Assembly (NCBI GenBank): GCA_051294375.1
Contig: CM119265.1
Coordinates: 16,114,896-16,178,895, forward strand
Direction of reading: 5' to 3'
DNA length: 64,000 bases
Source of the DNA: Paraspadella gotoi
Taxonomy: Eukaryota; Animalia; Chaetognatha
This document shows, piece after piece, positions 1 to 14,173 of this stretch. The translations under genes were made by a program, and so were the position numbers. The notes under the pieces are model-generated. The model worked only from the letters and a program-made list of their open reading frames with translations, was not told the DNA's origin and did no database searches. The number at the start of each line of letters is the position of its first letter. Positions within the stretch are counted from its first letter, which is position 1.

Positions 1-114
1 CTATTAGTTTGCTTTCCTCCTGAAAGATTTCGTCTCAGCCGAAGGCGTTGCTGCTTGGTTCCACCTTGACAATTTCCTATCTTTGGCTCCATCCAAGCGA
101 TTCGGGCATGAGTG

Positions 115-176
<62 letters not shown>

Positions 177-452
177 AGAGCAACATACAAACCAGTATTT
201 TCACCAAAAAATAAAAAAAATAAAAAAATCCGAGAATCTATCTTCATTAGGGACGAAGAAACGTTTTTCCCGCCATCGCAACATTCTCCTCGAGACAATT
301 TGCCCGGACTTTCTTTGAAATTTTTCGAAACACCATTTGTGGCGGCGCAGTTTCAAGAGCATCCAAGAGCATCGCTCGTAGTTTCTTTTTTAAATTTCGT
401 GGGACTTTGTTTTCCTGGACAGAATCTTCCATTTTCTCCAAACGAAGCTCAC

Positions 453-883
453 TGCTGAAAATTGAATAGCGTCATACTGCATTTAAATATCCAGAAACCC
501 GCTCGCCACGCCCCCTTCGGCGAGTCCGAAACGCGATGCCGATAATCGACGCCGGAAATATCTCGGTTTACGTGGACCCGGATGTCGAAGGCGATGATCG
601 ATTCCGTTCCCGGATGTGAGAGAATCTCCCGCTTCTCTTCGAGCCAAGGACCCGTTTGACTGACGAGCCGCGTGGCAAAGGTGACGGAGGGAGCGGGGCG
701 TGCGTCGTTAATGACGCCGACGCTAAATGGTTCTCGTTTTAGGGGTGATGGCGGGGGGGGAGGGCGGCGTGGCGTTGGTGGAGAGATGAGTGAAGGAGAA
801 AGCGGGGGAAATGTGGACGGCGGTTTAGTTGGAAGAAGATATGGAAGTGACGTCTTCAAGAGGTTCGATGCTGCGGCGCCCAT
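453..883 (-). CDS. Probable first coding exon of an unidentified gene; N-terminus MGAAAS is a candidate N-myristoylation motif
   Basis: aaaATGG start context at 883. Open non-repetitive GC-rich frame with a Pro-rich linker, then a globular-looking segment (IIAFDIRVHVNRDISGVDYRHRV...GAWRAGFWIFKCSM). It ends at a CA|GTGAG donor (intron starts 452) just before the in-frame TGA. No family recognised. Confidence 0.45.
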
Positions 884-985
884 TTTGAAGAACGGGCAGA
901 CGCTGCTTAGCGAGACATCCGTAACGATTTGTCAAGTATTCAGCGGGAAGAGACATGTGGGGGAGAATGAGAGAGAGAGAGAGAT

Positions 986-1035
<50 letters not shown>

Positions 1036-2542
1036 AGGGAGAGAGAGAGAGAGAGAGAGAATAGAGAGAGAGACCGTCAGCTCACCAGAGAGACAGACAG
1101 GCAGTCACTGAGAGAGGAAAAAGAAATGAGCAAAAAATGGTCTTTTAAAGAGCGAAGATTAAAAAAGTTTTGAAGGAACTGTCAGTGTTGAGGAAGACGA
1201 GTTCTGAAAAACGCCAAAGCGAAGAATTACGCATTTGAGTTGCTTTTTAAAAAAGCGATTTGGATATAAAAAAAGTAGTGATGAAAAATAAACAAAGGAA
1301 GATTAATTCGTTGTAGAAGAAGTAAAAAAAAAAAGATAAATGTGTTGAAAGTAGAAAAAATAAGAGCGCGATGACATCGAAAGATTTATAAGAAAAGAAA
1401 AGAAACAAAGAAAAGAAGGGGAAAAAAAATACGATGCCGTATGAGGAGGTTATTCTCCTCCGATGAGAATAACTCGTGAGAAAATTGAGAGCAAACTCAT
1501 TTGGAAAAAAGATAAACCAGTTATTGAGTTGAAAGAAAGAGAAAACATTGCGAAAGAAAACAATATTGAAGAGAAAATGTCGGATTGAAAAAAAAAAAAA
1601 GGGGGAAGCGAAGATATTAAAAGAAAAGAATAAAATCAAAAGACGAGAGAAAGTGTAAACAAAGGAGTAAACAAAAACAAAACGATAATTAATAATAAAA
1701 AATGAGAAATAAAAAGTAGGAAGTCGAGGATTACCGATGCGGATAATGAAACGAAATGAGCAAACGAGAAAAGAAAACGGAGGGGAAAAAGTGGAGGCAA
1801 GGAAAAAGAAAACGAGAGGCGAACGTCGGAGTCCAGGGACACGAAATTGAATGAAGGTCCGCGGAGAGGATTAGACGGAGATCAGTTGTTTTGCGCCGGG
1901 GAACGAAGGGCGGATTCTGGGCGGAGAAATCTCGTTTGGCGTCGATCACCGGAGCGGTGGTTGGGGGAAGGGTGAAGAGGGAAGAGGGCAGAGGGTGGGA
2001 GATGGGAAAGTTGTGTTTTGGGGAAAGAGAGAGAGAGAGATGTAAGGTGGAAAAGGAAAGGAAAATAGCAGAGTAAGTCGCATCAAGAGGCAGAGCCAAT
2101 GAGAGCTGCTTTGCCAAATATAAAGGTCGGGTCGAATAGGTTGGAATAAGCGGAGAGGATCCACGGAAAAAATCAGGACAACTGTGCAAGTGTGCAAGTG
2201 TGCAAGGGAACCGCGGGAGATCGTGGCAACGAGAATAATTGGGCGACGTGAGTGGGGAGTTGGGCCTGGGATGTGGGAATATGGGGATGTGGGGATGAGG
2301 GGATGTGGCACGAAAAAGAAACGTTGAAACAAAAAAGATACAGGAGGAATTGGAAATTGGAGGGGCGGGGGGGGGGGGCAAGGGACGTTTGGATTCGGGG
2401 TCAACGACTCGAGGTAAAAGGTCTTTCCGCCTCAGACATTATTGCTTTATTCTGTCAAAATTTTTCTGATTTCTCTTTCTTTCTTTCTTTCTCCCTTTTT
2501 TGTGTCTTTCGGGAACTCGGATCATGGGGCCTTCCTGTATAT

Positions 2543-2647
<105 letters not shown>

Positions 2648-2899
2648 TTCTCTGTACTTCATTTTAGCTTTATACTTAGTCAGCCGAAAATATATGTATT
2701 TAAATTGAAGAATTGATTCTACATGGGAAATTTATACATATTTACTTTGGACACTTTTTTGACTTCATTTTATTGAAACCACTTACACTTACCAGAATTT
2801 AAGATTAAACCAATGGAAAGTGCCCTGTAAATATTTTACGAATCCTCCCAAAAATCTAATGCGCAGTAAGCAGTAAGAGAAAGCTATAAAAAAAGAAGT

Positions 2900-2938
<39 letters not shown>

Positions 2939-4014
2939 CGAAAAAAAGATATTGGGCTAAAGATGGCGACGTAAGATAACCCAACAGACCCGGCAGAGGG
3001 GAGAACAAGCGAGATAAAAAATTACACGTAAAACCTCTCCGCTTAGAAATGGCGCGAAAAAAGAGGCGCGGCGGGATATTTTTTTTTTTGGGGGGGGGCA
3101 GGAGAGGCGTTGGGGCAAGGCTCACTCAGATGAGGTTTTTTTATTAGAGTTAGTTTTTTTTGGGGGGGGAACTACATAATTATGAGTTTATTTTCGATGA
3201 AATACGTCAGTGTCGTTTTTGGTTAAATCTCTATAATTATTATCTAGCCAGTGCTCTGAAATTGACGATAAAAAGGCAAGAAATTGGGAAGTCGTTGGCC
3301 TTTTGTTTTTTCCAAAGCCAAAACTGAATCCCTATTGTTTGGTTGGAGCTTAGAAGTTAAGTTCCTTCTGGTTTCCAGAAAATGTGGATTATTTTCTAAA
3401 ACGATTTTTTTTCCCGGGTGTTTTGTTTACGGGATTTGTTGGAAAAAACACCTACTGCCCTCGCTCCTAAAAAGTGTATCAAAAACGATTACGGTTCGCC
3501 TTGTAGCAGGCTGGTATTCGAGATCTCACGTACGAGACAATGGTGATGTGTTTGAATATTAGGAATGACCTGGGGCGTGGACCGAGGGCCCCAAAGAAAC
3601 GGAAAACCTTTCAATTTTAAACGAAAAATGAATCAGCAAAAAAGTCTCTTTTTTTTCGTTTTCTGTTTGAATTTCCGGAAAGAAAAAAAAAAGAAAAAAA
3701 AAGAAAGAGATTGAGAGATAGAGGAAGGGAGGAAGAGTAACAAGTAGAAAAGGAACGAGAAAGACAATGAATTAGACAGAGGGAAAGGAGCTAAACGAGC
3801 GGCTGGCTTTTCTTTGGAGCAAGGAACAATAGGATAGGAGAAAAAAGTTGAAAAGTTGGGACAAGGAAGATTGAACGGAAGGGTAGAGAGGTTAAAAAGG
3901 GTATTAAATAAAAGGGAAGTTAGCATGAGAGAGAGGAGTAAAAGAAAGAGGAGTAAGTTTTGCCGAGAAGCGAAAACGTGTAAACATAAGTGAGTCGATA
4001 AGAGTTTTTAACCG

Positions 4015-4126
4015 AAGCAGGGATAGAAGAGGAAGAGCATGGAACCCCAGCATGATCTCCGATTAAAAAGCAGGGATAGAAGAGGAAGAGCATGGAACCC
4101 CAGCTTGATCTCCGATTAAAAAGCAG
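4015..4126. repeat. Tandem duplication, 53-bp unit x2
   Basis: aagcagggatagaagaggaagagcatggaaccccagc(a/t)tgatctccgattaaa occurs at 4015 and 4068 with one mismatch; a third aagcag starts at 4121. Confidence 0.9.
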
Positions 4127-4626
4127 CCTTGTTTAAGCCGGCGGCGGGTGGTAAGGCGCGGCGGAGGAGGTAGGGACGGCAGAGTGTGGTCGTCGGAACC
4201 AAAATTTAATCTCGATAGTGTATAGTAAACGAGTTCTTTCCTTCCTTCCTGCAGAATGAAAAGTGGAGACCTAAGCGATCAACTCGGGATTAGCCGCTTC
4301 CCCTTTTTTTGCTTTCGTTTTTTTTTTTTTTTGTGACAACTTTTTTTTCGCTGGGAAGATTTTTGTTTAACCTTCTTTTTTTTTCTTTTATGGTTACTTT
4401 CCTGTTGTGACTTTATGGTTTCTTGGTTTTCAATGCTTTGTTCGCCCTTTTCTGTCACTTCTATGTTTCTGGTTTGTTTAAAATTCATTTCATTCTCCAA
4501 ATAATTAAAAAAACAAATCCTCTATTCCACAAATCACTTCTTTTAAAACAAGTTTAGCAAATTTTAATAAACGATTTGAACAATCATCAATTTTGACCAA
4601 AACCTCTTAACTGACAAACTGTGATT

Positions 4627-4782
4627 AATATTTGTTTGAAATTAGTTCGAAAATTCTCTTAATTTTATTATCCTATAAATTTTTGCAAAATTTCTCCCTT
4701 ATAATAATAAGGGAGAAATTTTGCAAAAATTTATAGGATAATAAAATTAAGAGAATTTTCGAACTAATTTCAAACAAATATT
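4627..4782. repeat. Perfect AT-rich palindrome (76-bp arms, 4-nt loop)
   Basis: 4627-4702 is the exact reverse complement of 4707-4782; the loop is aata. Confidence 0.95.
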
Positions 4783-5674
4783 TAACAATTTTAAACTTAT
4801 TGAGAAAAAAATTGAGCCGAATATTTTAATTTCTTTTACATTAATTAGTTAGTATAATGCCTTGGGAGCGTGCAAAATTCTTATTAGTTTTGTTAGGCTT
4901 ATACCGCCACAACAGGCTTTTGTCATATCATTATTCTTTTCTAATTTTTTTTAAACTAAAATTTACATTTTCTATGTCTTAACTGTAAAAACTATAAAAT
5001 GAAAAAAGCTATCTTTGTGGTTGTGAAAAAACTTTTGAGTTTCTGATTGCTCAGGCACATACTCCTCAATTTTTTTATAAAAAATATATTTTACAACAGG
5101 AAGGTCCTATTCAAATGTAAAAAAATTCCTTTTTTGAAATTTGACCATGCCATTGTTGAGTAAGTAAGTAAGAAAGTAAGTTGGAAAATCCTTAGCGATT
5201 TTTCTACCAGTGTGCAAAATCTGAAGTTGCAATAACAAATAATTTAGCAACAAGCACAGTATTGATCTTTTCATTTCACTCCCATTTGAAATCAGCGTGT
5301 ACATCTCTCAATCTTCAATCCCTTCAGTAGCTAAAAGCTTATCTTTCAAAAAATTCTTTTTCGTACATTTTTTAACCCATTATGGCAGGGGGAAGCGGCA
5401 GCGGCGGCAATAGCGGTGGCGGCGGCGGCGGAGGCGGCCGTAGTCCTCTGCGGCAGCAATTGTGCCGGCGCCGGAAAGGCAGAACTGTCAGCGTCAGGCT
5501 TGTCATAATCTTTTTTTGCAGAGAACGGACTATTGCAGCGTCTGCGGCGTAGAAAGCTGCGGGGGATGCAGCGGTGGCTGCAGCCTCATTGTCCAAGTCG
5601 GAGCTTGTACCGCCACGTCACAATAAACCCGACTTCCGGTCGGCGCTATTCATTATTTTACAAGTCATTATAAC

Positions 5675-5716
<42 letters not shown>

Positions 5717-6100
5717 CTCTCTCTTTCTTTCTTTCTTTCAAGCGGCGCAGTTTTATCAGCGACTTTACGAGCAAAATACAGGATACAATCGTTAAGTCGA
5801 TGCCTCCATTAAATCACGACAGGCCCGGAAGAAGAAAGTGATTTTCACATCCGGGGTCTCACTTTCTGGCGACGGGGGAATCGGAATCCTCGTCAATTGC
5901 GCTAGTCGGGCCGAGGTGAGTCGAGGTGAGGCGGTCGGGGTGAGGTAATTACCATTGCAAGGAGTGACGCGAATTGAGCGGTGAGAGATATGTGAAATAA
6001 GTTTTATGCAGGATATACTTTTTGAGTTAAGTAAATATTAGTATTATAAAAGATCTTCCTGGTTTTTTTTCGCATTCGGCAAATTTTTTTAACTTTGTAG

Positions 6101-6315
6101 TTGGGGCAAAATGATTTTGTTTCACAACGAATTTTATTTTATCATATAAAACGTACATGTCTCTCTCTCTCTCTCTCTCCCTTCTTTCACACAAAAAAAC
6201 TGTACAAAATTTCACAAATCATTGACGCTGAAGAAGGCTTGCATCCAAAGCCGAAACATGTACGTTTTATATGATAAAATAATATTCGCTGTGAAACAAA
6301 ATCATTTTGCCCCAA
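6101..6315. repeat. Inverted repeat (about 60-bp arms, about 95-bp spacer), MITE/foldback-like
   Basis: ttggggcaaaatgattttgtttcac...aaaacgtacatgt (6101-6160) is inverted to acatgtacgtttt...gtgaaacaaaatcattttgccccaa (6256-6315) with few mismatches. Confidence 0.8.
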
Positions 6316-6760
6316 TACATATAACAACGAAAAAGAAAGGTTATTACCACTATAACATTGTAGTTAAAACTTTTTTTTCCACCGCTTTAATCTTGCAAAT
6401 ATCAAATAAGTTGTATTTAGTCGAAAACGCAAAATAAGTGAAAAAACCTAAAACTTAAAACGACTGGTGTGGCGAATCCTAAATTCGCCTCCCGCATAGA
6501 CATGGGGTGGTCACTGTAGGTCCAAAGCCCTGAGCGCCAGCTGTCGGGAGATGCCTCACACCCCAGGCATCACACATGTCCACCCGTTGCCATACTGGTT
6601 CTATTACAGCGAATTCTAGAAAAAGTGAGATCGCCTCATCATCAACTGTAGCTGGTGAAGAGGTCAAAGTGTCAGGGGGTCAGTAGGTTCGGGGGTCAAT
6701 AGCTCAGGGGTCAGAGGCGGCGGAGAAATAATTGAAGAGGGCCAAAGCGTGGAGGCCGAA

Positions 6761-6795
<35 letters not shown>

Positions 6796-7811
6796 AGAGA
6801 AGGAGAGAGAGAGGAGGAGAGAGAGAGGAAGAGAGAGAGAGAGAAGAGAGAGAGGCAGAGGAGAGAGAGAGAGAGAGAGAAATGTGAAGGTGGATTAAAG
6901 AAAAAGAGGGAAAAAGGTTGGAAGTCGATTGGAGGCTTTGAAGCGAGTGAAAGATCTTAAGTAAATCCAAAAGAGGCTGAGTGCATCAATGGGTTATTGG
7001 TGAGTGAACACAGAAATGGTTGATGGACGAAATTGGAAATAGGTTTAAGTAAAATAAGACAAAATGCCTTCACGCTAAAGTTTTAAAATTTGTTTTGAAT
7101 TAACCAATTAAATGAGATGAATGTAAGAGTTTTTCAGTGTAAACAACGGCAAAATTTACATATTAGAAATAAACGAACGTATATTTCGCCGAAGTCGACT
7201 GAGCAATAACACGTCCTTTTATTACTAATAAAATTTTGCCGTTATTAACACCAAAACAGACGTTTTCCTTAATCTTAATTGTAACGCAACGATAAGAAAG
7301 TATCATACACAAAGAATAAAGTTCGAAAAGCACATGAGATTTATTTATTTAGCGACTTACAATGTAAGTTACTTACGAAGTAAGTTACATCGCGAAATAA
7401 TGAAGACAAAAAGGCAGCGCATTGGCGGTTAATACGGGCGAGATTAGTGACCTCCCGCGAGGAAGTTTGGAGCGACCAAACGTCTGATGATTCGGGTTAA
7501 TGACACGGTGATTTAGACAAAAGGCCATTCAACTTTTACCTTTTTATCTCCGCTATAAGTATAAACAGTGAATGCTTTGGGAAAGTCAAGTCCATTTTGT
7601 TGTTTTGAAAATGAAAAACTCGAGTAATTCCCTCAAGCTTGTTAATTTCATGAAAACCAAAAAAGATGAAATCGACTTTTTTTTTATGATGAAATCGAAT
7701 TTTCGGCGGCGACAAAAACCTTGAATTAATTCGACAGAATTTTCTCGCAACGTAAGTTCAACGCCTCAACTTCATTTTAAAACCAAATCTTTCCTCTCTC
7801 TCTCTCACTCT

Positions 7812-7880
<69 letters not shown>

Positions 7881-8083
7881 ACTCCTAGCCTATTTCCATT
7901 GAAATATGCTTTTCCAAGAATTCGATTGGATGCCGTAAAATTCTTTTCTTTTTCTTACTTTCTTTTTTTTTTCATTCCCGCTCTTTTTCTTTCTTCCTCT
8001 TCATTTCCCTTGATTTTCTTTCAAAAACATTTCGTTCTCTGTTCCCCATTTAGGCAATGAAACTTTTTTAGATTAAGATATCC

Positions 8084-8143
<60 letters not shown>

Positions 8144-8167
8144 TTCTCTCTCTCCTCTTCTCTCTCT

Positions 8168-8219
<52 letters not shown>

Positions 8220-8657
8220 CCCCTCATTCCTTCTCTCTCTCTTTCTCTCTGTCTTTGGTGACCTCTCGGATTTATTCTGGTCCCTCCATATTTCCATATT
8301 CCCTTCCTCCTCAACATCTATTCTCCCTAAGTCCTCCTCCTCCCTCTTTCCTCCTCCTCCTCCCTCTCTCCTCCTCCTCCCTCTCTCCTCCTCCTCCTCC
8401 CTCGCTCTCTCCAGTCATTAGTTCCCCAGTTTTTCGCCCAGAGAACATAGAAGAGATAGAGATAGCGAGATAGGAATAAAAAGGGCGAGATAGAGAGATA
8501 GAGAGGGAGAATGAGGGAAAGAGAGAGAGAGAGAGAGAGAGGGAAAGAGAGATCTTTTGTTCGGAGTCTTTCACTTCGTCCGTTTCTCGTTGATTCGATG
8601 CATCGTTGTCGGGACATTACGAGCGCACTGGCGGTGGAAGTGTTACTGGAGAGTTAT

Positions 8658-8783
8658 ATGGCGGTCTGAGGGCGGTCTGGATAGTAGAATGGCGGCCCTA
8701 GGGCGGTCTGGATAGTAGAATGGCGGTATGAGGACGGTCTGGATAGTAAAATGGCGGCGTGAGGGCAGACTGGAAAATTAGAA
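8658..8783. repeat. Minisatellite, 31-bp unit x4
   Basis: atggcggNNNNagggcggtctggatagtaga-like units start at 8658, 8689, 8720 and 8751. Confidence 0.9.
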
Positions 8784-10148
8784 ATGGACGTGTGATGGTG
8801 AATCCTAGCGTGGCACCGCTTGGTTACTGGCGTAAAGCATTAGCGATACGAGCACAAATAATACCGGGCGTAGAAGATAGCCCTAGCAACGAGAAATAAA
8901 TATGCATGGGGTTCGTAGAGGCGTTTTTCCCTTTCGTCCCGTCGCGACGTCGCCTGAAAGGCTCTCAGTCTGGATGGGAAGGCAGTGGGGCTTTTCCCCC
9001 GCGCAAAACCGGGAGTTATGACGCGCGCCATAAGCGACGTGGGCGGGAATGAAATAGGGGCTTTGGTTTTAAAAATGTTTTTTTTTAGTCGGGTCGGCTA
9101 CATCAGGCCCGAATTTTAAAATTTCACGGTTATTGTTAGCAGATAAGATTATGAACATTCTTCGTAAGATTCCCCTTATTGTACAGGCTGCAGTGTAATG
9201 CTTCTCGATGCAATTGATACAGTCTAACAAGTTAGATAACTAAACCTTTTCCTCATTTACAGTCTTGGTTTAAATGCAGAATATTTTAAGAATGATCTTG
9301 ACTTATTATCTGATTAAAATGATAAGCAATCTAACGAAAAAATTATTAATGTAAATGGCAAAATACACTTTTTTACAGTGTATAAGTTAATTTTGAACTA
9401 AGTATAATAGTTTAAAATATTTTTCTTAAATATTAAATTTAATTATTAGACTTAGTAAAGTAATGGAAGAAGGAAGTTAGTGTTGTCTTCTGGAAACACA
9501 ATGCAAGGCTAAAAAATACTTCCAACCCTTGGTTTATAATTAGATAATTATTAGGCTAATTATTATTAATTTGAAAATTATTATATCGATCTTCTTAGGA
9601 AGTCAGTTAATGAAAAAGCGAAATATCTGGCCCGAAAAGAGTGGAAGGGATTAAGTTATGTATGATTCTTTACTGGTATGAGATAAGACTATGAGGCAAC
9701 TACAAAATAGAATTGTAGTATGCTCCGATAGTGATACATTCGTTGAAAAGTTCTTTTTCATAATAAAAAGATTTTCGTAACTTTTCTTTTATTTAGCCGC
9801 GAGGCGGGTCTAAGACTAAGAGGAAGAAAAAAATCTTTGACATGGTAACGTCTAGTTTATATAAATGGTCTCCGCGGACTCATAGACGATTACGCTCAAG
9901 GTCACTCTCGCCCCATGGTTACCTTCTGTCTTCTGTCTTTCTTTTTTCTTCCTGTCTTCTTCTTCTTTTTCTTTTTTATCCTTTCTATCTCTTCTTTTTC
10001 TTCTTCTCTTTGTTTCTTTTTGTTTTAGTTTTTTTTTTTTTTTATCTTTTGGTTCATCTCGAACGCATCTCTATTTTTCTTCGGGAAGACGGACCTTCTC
10101 CGTAATGTCTTTTCCATTTCACCTCAACCCAAATTACGTTTGGAGCAG

Positions 10149-10268
10149 TGACTGAACACCGGCTCATATAACTAAACTCCGGCCCCTATGACTGAACACC
10201 GGCCCATATAACTGAACACCGGCCCATATAACTGAACTCCGGCCCCTATGACTGAACTCCGGCCCCTA
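10149..10268. repeat. Minisatellite, 20-bp unit x6
   Basis: t(g/a)actgaac(a/t)ccggccc(a/c)ta is repeated six times head-to-tail with no spacers. Confidence 0.92.
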
Positions 10269-11110
10269 TTTACAAGGTTCAGCAAGGATTGCAAAAATAA
10301 GATATATCAGACACAGACAAGCTCCGCGCTTACCGATCGATAGCTCAATTGATATCAGTTCCGTCTGACGTCATATACGGCGCTCCTGCCTTCATCCAAC
10401 GCCGCCATCGGTAGATCACCGCTCTAGATTTCTCACACTTGCCAAAGTCTCGCGGCTTCATTTCTCACGTGATCGCGTCTATCCCGTCGGACGATAATCG
10501 AGTCGGCCATCTTGGTCACGCCCCCATGGCAACCCTCTCTGGATCTTACCCGCCCCCTTCGAACGAGTCCCCTCGGATGATTACATTTTTATGCAGTAGA
10601 AAATTAGTCTCGATTCTTTTGCCTCGGAGTCGATGGTGGACGAAAGGATCGAAAGATCGACCTGTGTTTCCCTGTTTATGGCTCGACCGCGAGAACGAAA
10701 AAAAAAAACCCCGAAAAATAGCTTGTTAAATTAAAATAACTTTTAATATCTGGCTGACTGGCTGTTATACATCGAATGTGTTTTTTAGGTTATTCATCGT
10801 GGGACGAATTAATTTACATATTGAATAATTCTTTGGTCGAAAATACATTATTAAGTTTTAAAAAGGAGAAAAAAGAAGGATTAATTCGATTCGTCGTTTC
10901 CTTTGCGAATTGTAAGCACTTGAGAGATTTCCAGTCGAAGGAAATGATTAGAAAAAGACGAAATCTAATCTGAACTAAAGCGAAACAAAGAAAAATTAGT
11001 TTATTTTTCATCGGGGCTGAAACATCAAACCTCGGTTTTTGATGACAGAGTCGTTGTCAGTCTTTCCGTCTGTCTGTTTTTCTATTCTCTCTCTCTTCTC
11101 TCTCTTCTCT

Positions 11111-11162
<52 letters not shown>

Positions 11163-13352
11163 GCTATATGCGACATTTGTCCGCTTTTTAAAAGTCAACG
11201 AACGATAAATTTATAAAGTTATAACGACATGCATTATCTGTCTGAATCGAAGGACTGGATAAAAAGATTTTTCTTTGTTACGTCATTTGTTGAGTCTTTT
11301 TTTTTAATACGTTGCCAAGCAACGATACCGGCGTTTTTCAACGCATAATAACAAAAACTCAAGTGTCTCCTCTCTGCCCCTTTCCCAACGTTAAGCTTCT
11401 TCGTTCTTCTCGCCCGACTCCGTGACTTTGAAGACTAATAGCCTTTAAAACTGTGGACGACGCCGACGAAATTACGACGATGACGACGATACCGTAGTCT
11501 CGCGTAGCGACGTCGAGATTGGACGTCATCGCTCCCTCTCGCTTCACTTCCCACGCCGTCACGCTTGACGACAGGGAGCCCTCGAGGGCGGGCATTTATT
11601 AATAGCTCGTTTCCGAGTCAACGAGCGAGAGAGGCTGTCGTCGTCGTTGTTGTCTTTATCTCATTATATCCGGCATCATCCGGCGAGTGCGTCGCTTCCT
11701 CTCTTCATTTCTTTTTCCCATTTTTTTTTAAATCCATTTTTTCCACTCATTTCTCTCCGTTCGTTCTTATTCTTTTTCTTCGCGATTCGACGCCCGGATT
11801 CTTGGCCTGTCGCCAGATGCCTGATATGAATCGCGCTTTTTGCCCTTCCGCTTTTATTCCTTTTCTTTCTCCTCCTCTTCATCCTCTTCATCCTCTTCAT
11901 CCTCTTCATCCTCTTCATCCTCGTCGTCTTCATATTCTTTCTTTTCTCCATCGCCTTTTCCCTTCTTTGTTCAAAAATAATATCTAAAAATTGACTTTGC
12001 ATAACAAACTACAATTGTATTGTATTTGAGAAATTTATATAGTAATGAGGTATTATACCACTGTAATAAAGAAATTCAAAAAATCTTTGATTCACGACTG
12101 AAAAAATTTTCAAACGTCAAAAAAAAAAAAGATAAGGCAGAGAAAGGAAAAGATTTAGGAGAGACAGAGACCCAAAGAAGAAAGAGATACGAGTTGTAAC
12201 TAACCTCCCTCCCGATTCAAACCAAATGCTGTTGTCAGCGTTTTTGTCCAAAGAAAAGGGAAGTGGTAATGGAAGTTCTCCTGGTGTTCTCCTGAATTTT
12301 GACTGTAAAATTAACTTGTACCTTGCCACAACTTGAAAAAATACTATTTGGTTTTACTCTTCTCGATCAATCTTCAAAAAGCAACGGCTTTGAGCCTCTT
12401 AGTGTTTGTGAAGAGGGTAGTTTCCGCGACGTACTTTTTGGAATGCGAAATTTATGAAAAGTTAAAAAATGTTGGTGCTAGAGAAGCTTTCTTTGATGGC
12501 GAGCTTTCTTCGAAGGAAAGTTTTTTTGATAGAATTCTTTTTATGAAAAGACATGAAAAGACATGAAAAGACATTAGTGGCAGTAGCTATGGCTGGTAAA
12601 GACAACCATTTGGTTTGAAAAAATAACGCTCTGGTGTTATCATAAAAAAAAGGCTTCCTTTTTGACGGAAACTTTTTAAAAATTAATTTCAAAAGATTTT
12701 ATTTTTCATGTCGACGTCTTTTATTTTTCTTCGCGATTATTTTTTTCGGTGAGAAAGAAGAAAAATATTTGATGTCAGCGAGGGCGAATCGTGGACATTG
12801 TGTAATGTTTGCAATTTTGAACAATTGTTAACTAGATTGCACTACTTTCTTCAAAATCGAATTTATCTTCAAAATGTGTTTGTAAAAAACTGTTAACAAT
12901 TAGGAAATCAAAATTTATGTAGCTAGGACTACAAACCAAACTTTATACTTACCTCTTGGGTCGGATCATCCCATTGAATCTCTCAACTAGAGTTGACGTC
13001 GTTCACAAATTACAAAGAAATATATGGGCCACTCTCCCAGGAGGCGATTCGTCGAATATCGGCAAATCGAAGTGGGAAAAGATCTACTGAAGGTCATTGG
13101 AACGTCGTTCGCCGATACTCGATCGTCACGGGAACGAAAGGTCGAAAGGGTCACGGCATCCGGGGGTCAAGAGTCGTAAAAGAAAAGGTCAATCGAGTAA
13201 AAGGTGGTAAAAAGGGTCGAAAAAAAAGGTAGTAAAGGCCCGTCGTCGATCTCGCGGAAAATGTCGGCAATAAGCGAGAAATTTCTTTCGGAAAGTGGCG
13301 CCCGAAACTCGACCCGAGAGACGAAACGACCAGAGAGAGAGTGAGAGTGAGA

Positions 13353-13425
<73 letters not shown>

Positions 13426-13432
13426 AGAGAGA

Positions 13433-13475
<43 letters not shown>

Positions 13476-14127
13476 GAGAGAAATAAAAGAGCGCCGCTAA
13501 AAGGAGCGAAAATTACTCGGCCGCTCGAATAGCATGGAAACGCGGGCGTTAACGGCGCCTCGAAAGCGTAATGGGTCGGACTGACACGAAACCTCGCAAA
13601 TTCAAAAATTTCTTAAAAAAAAAAAAGAAACCGTAAAGTTTTATGGTTCGAGCGTGAAACCGAGAAGACGACGACAACGACGACGACAACCACCAGTTTT
13701 TTTTTAAATTAAAAAAAAAATGAAATTCAAAACAAAAAAAAGCCTTCGGTCTTCATTTCCACTTTTTCTCTCACCAGAGCGACCCTCAAAATTCCATTTA
13801 TTATTCCGTCTCGTCTTGTCTCCACGTCTTTTATCTTCTCCTCCGGGCGGCGGAAGTATTTATCTCCCGCGACGGAGATGCTGTTTTGTTTTCGCGGCCG
13901 AAATAACTTGTCTTTTTGTTTTGAAATCTTCATCTTCGTTTTCTTAGACTCCGTCTCATTTATCGTTTTGGTTTTTTGTTTTTTTTACAAATACGTACAT
14001 TGTTCATGAGATTGTTTTCTCTTTTATGTTTTATAATCGATACACAAGTAATTTTTTTGGTAATCTGCTTTCTTGTTTCTACGTCTTAACGTCTTTTGTT
14101 CATTTTCTTGTTTCTTTTTCTTTTCAG

Positions 14128-14173
14128 GAAACATGGCGGCTAAAAAGAAATCCACGATGAATGGACGAAAGAC
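14128..14173 (+). other. Candidate small exon containing an ATG (MAAKKKSTMNGRK)
   Basis: Strong polypyrimidine acceptor (ttctttttcttttcag|G), aacATGG at 14133 and a GTGAG donor at 14174. The phase does not cleanly match the 15145 exon. Confidence 0.35.

Noticed and set aside
5372-5596. GC-rich minus-strand Ala/Pro ORF
   Set aside because: It is short and low-complexity, with no clear splice sites or homology.
10149-10268. 20-bp and 31-bp (8658-8783) repeats as CRISPR arrays
   Set aside because: The units are head-to-tail with no unique spacers, there are no cas genes, and the context is eukaryotic.
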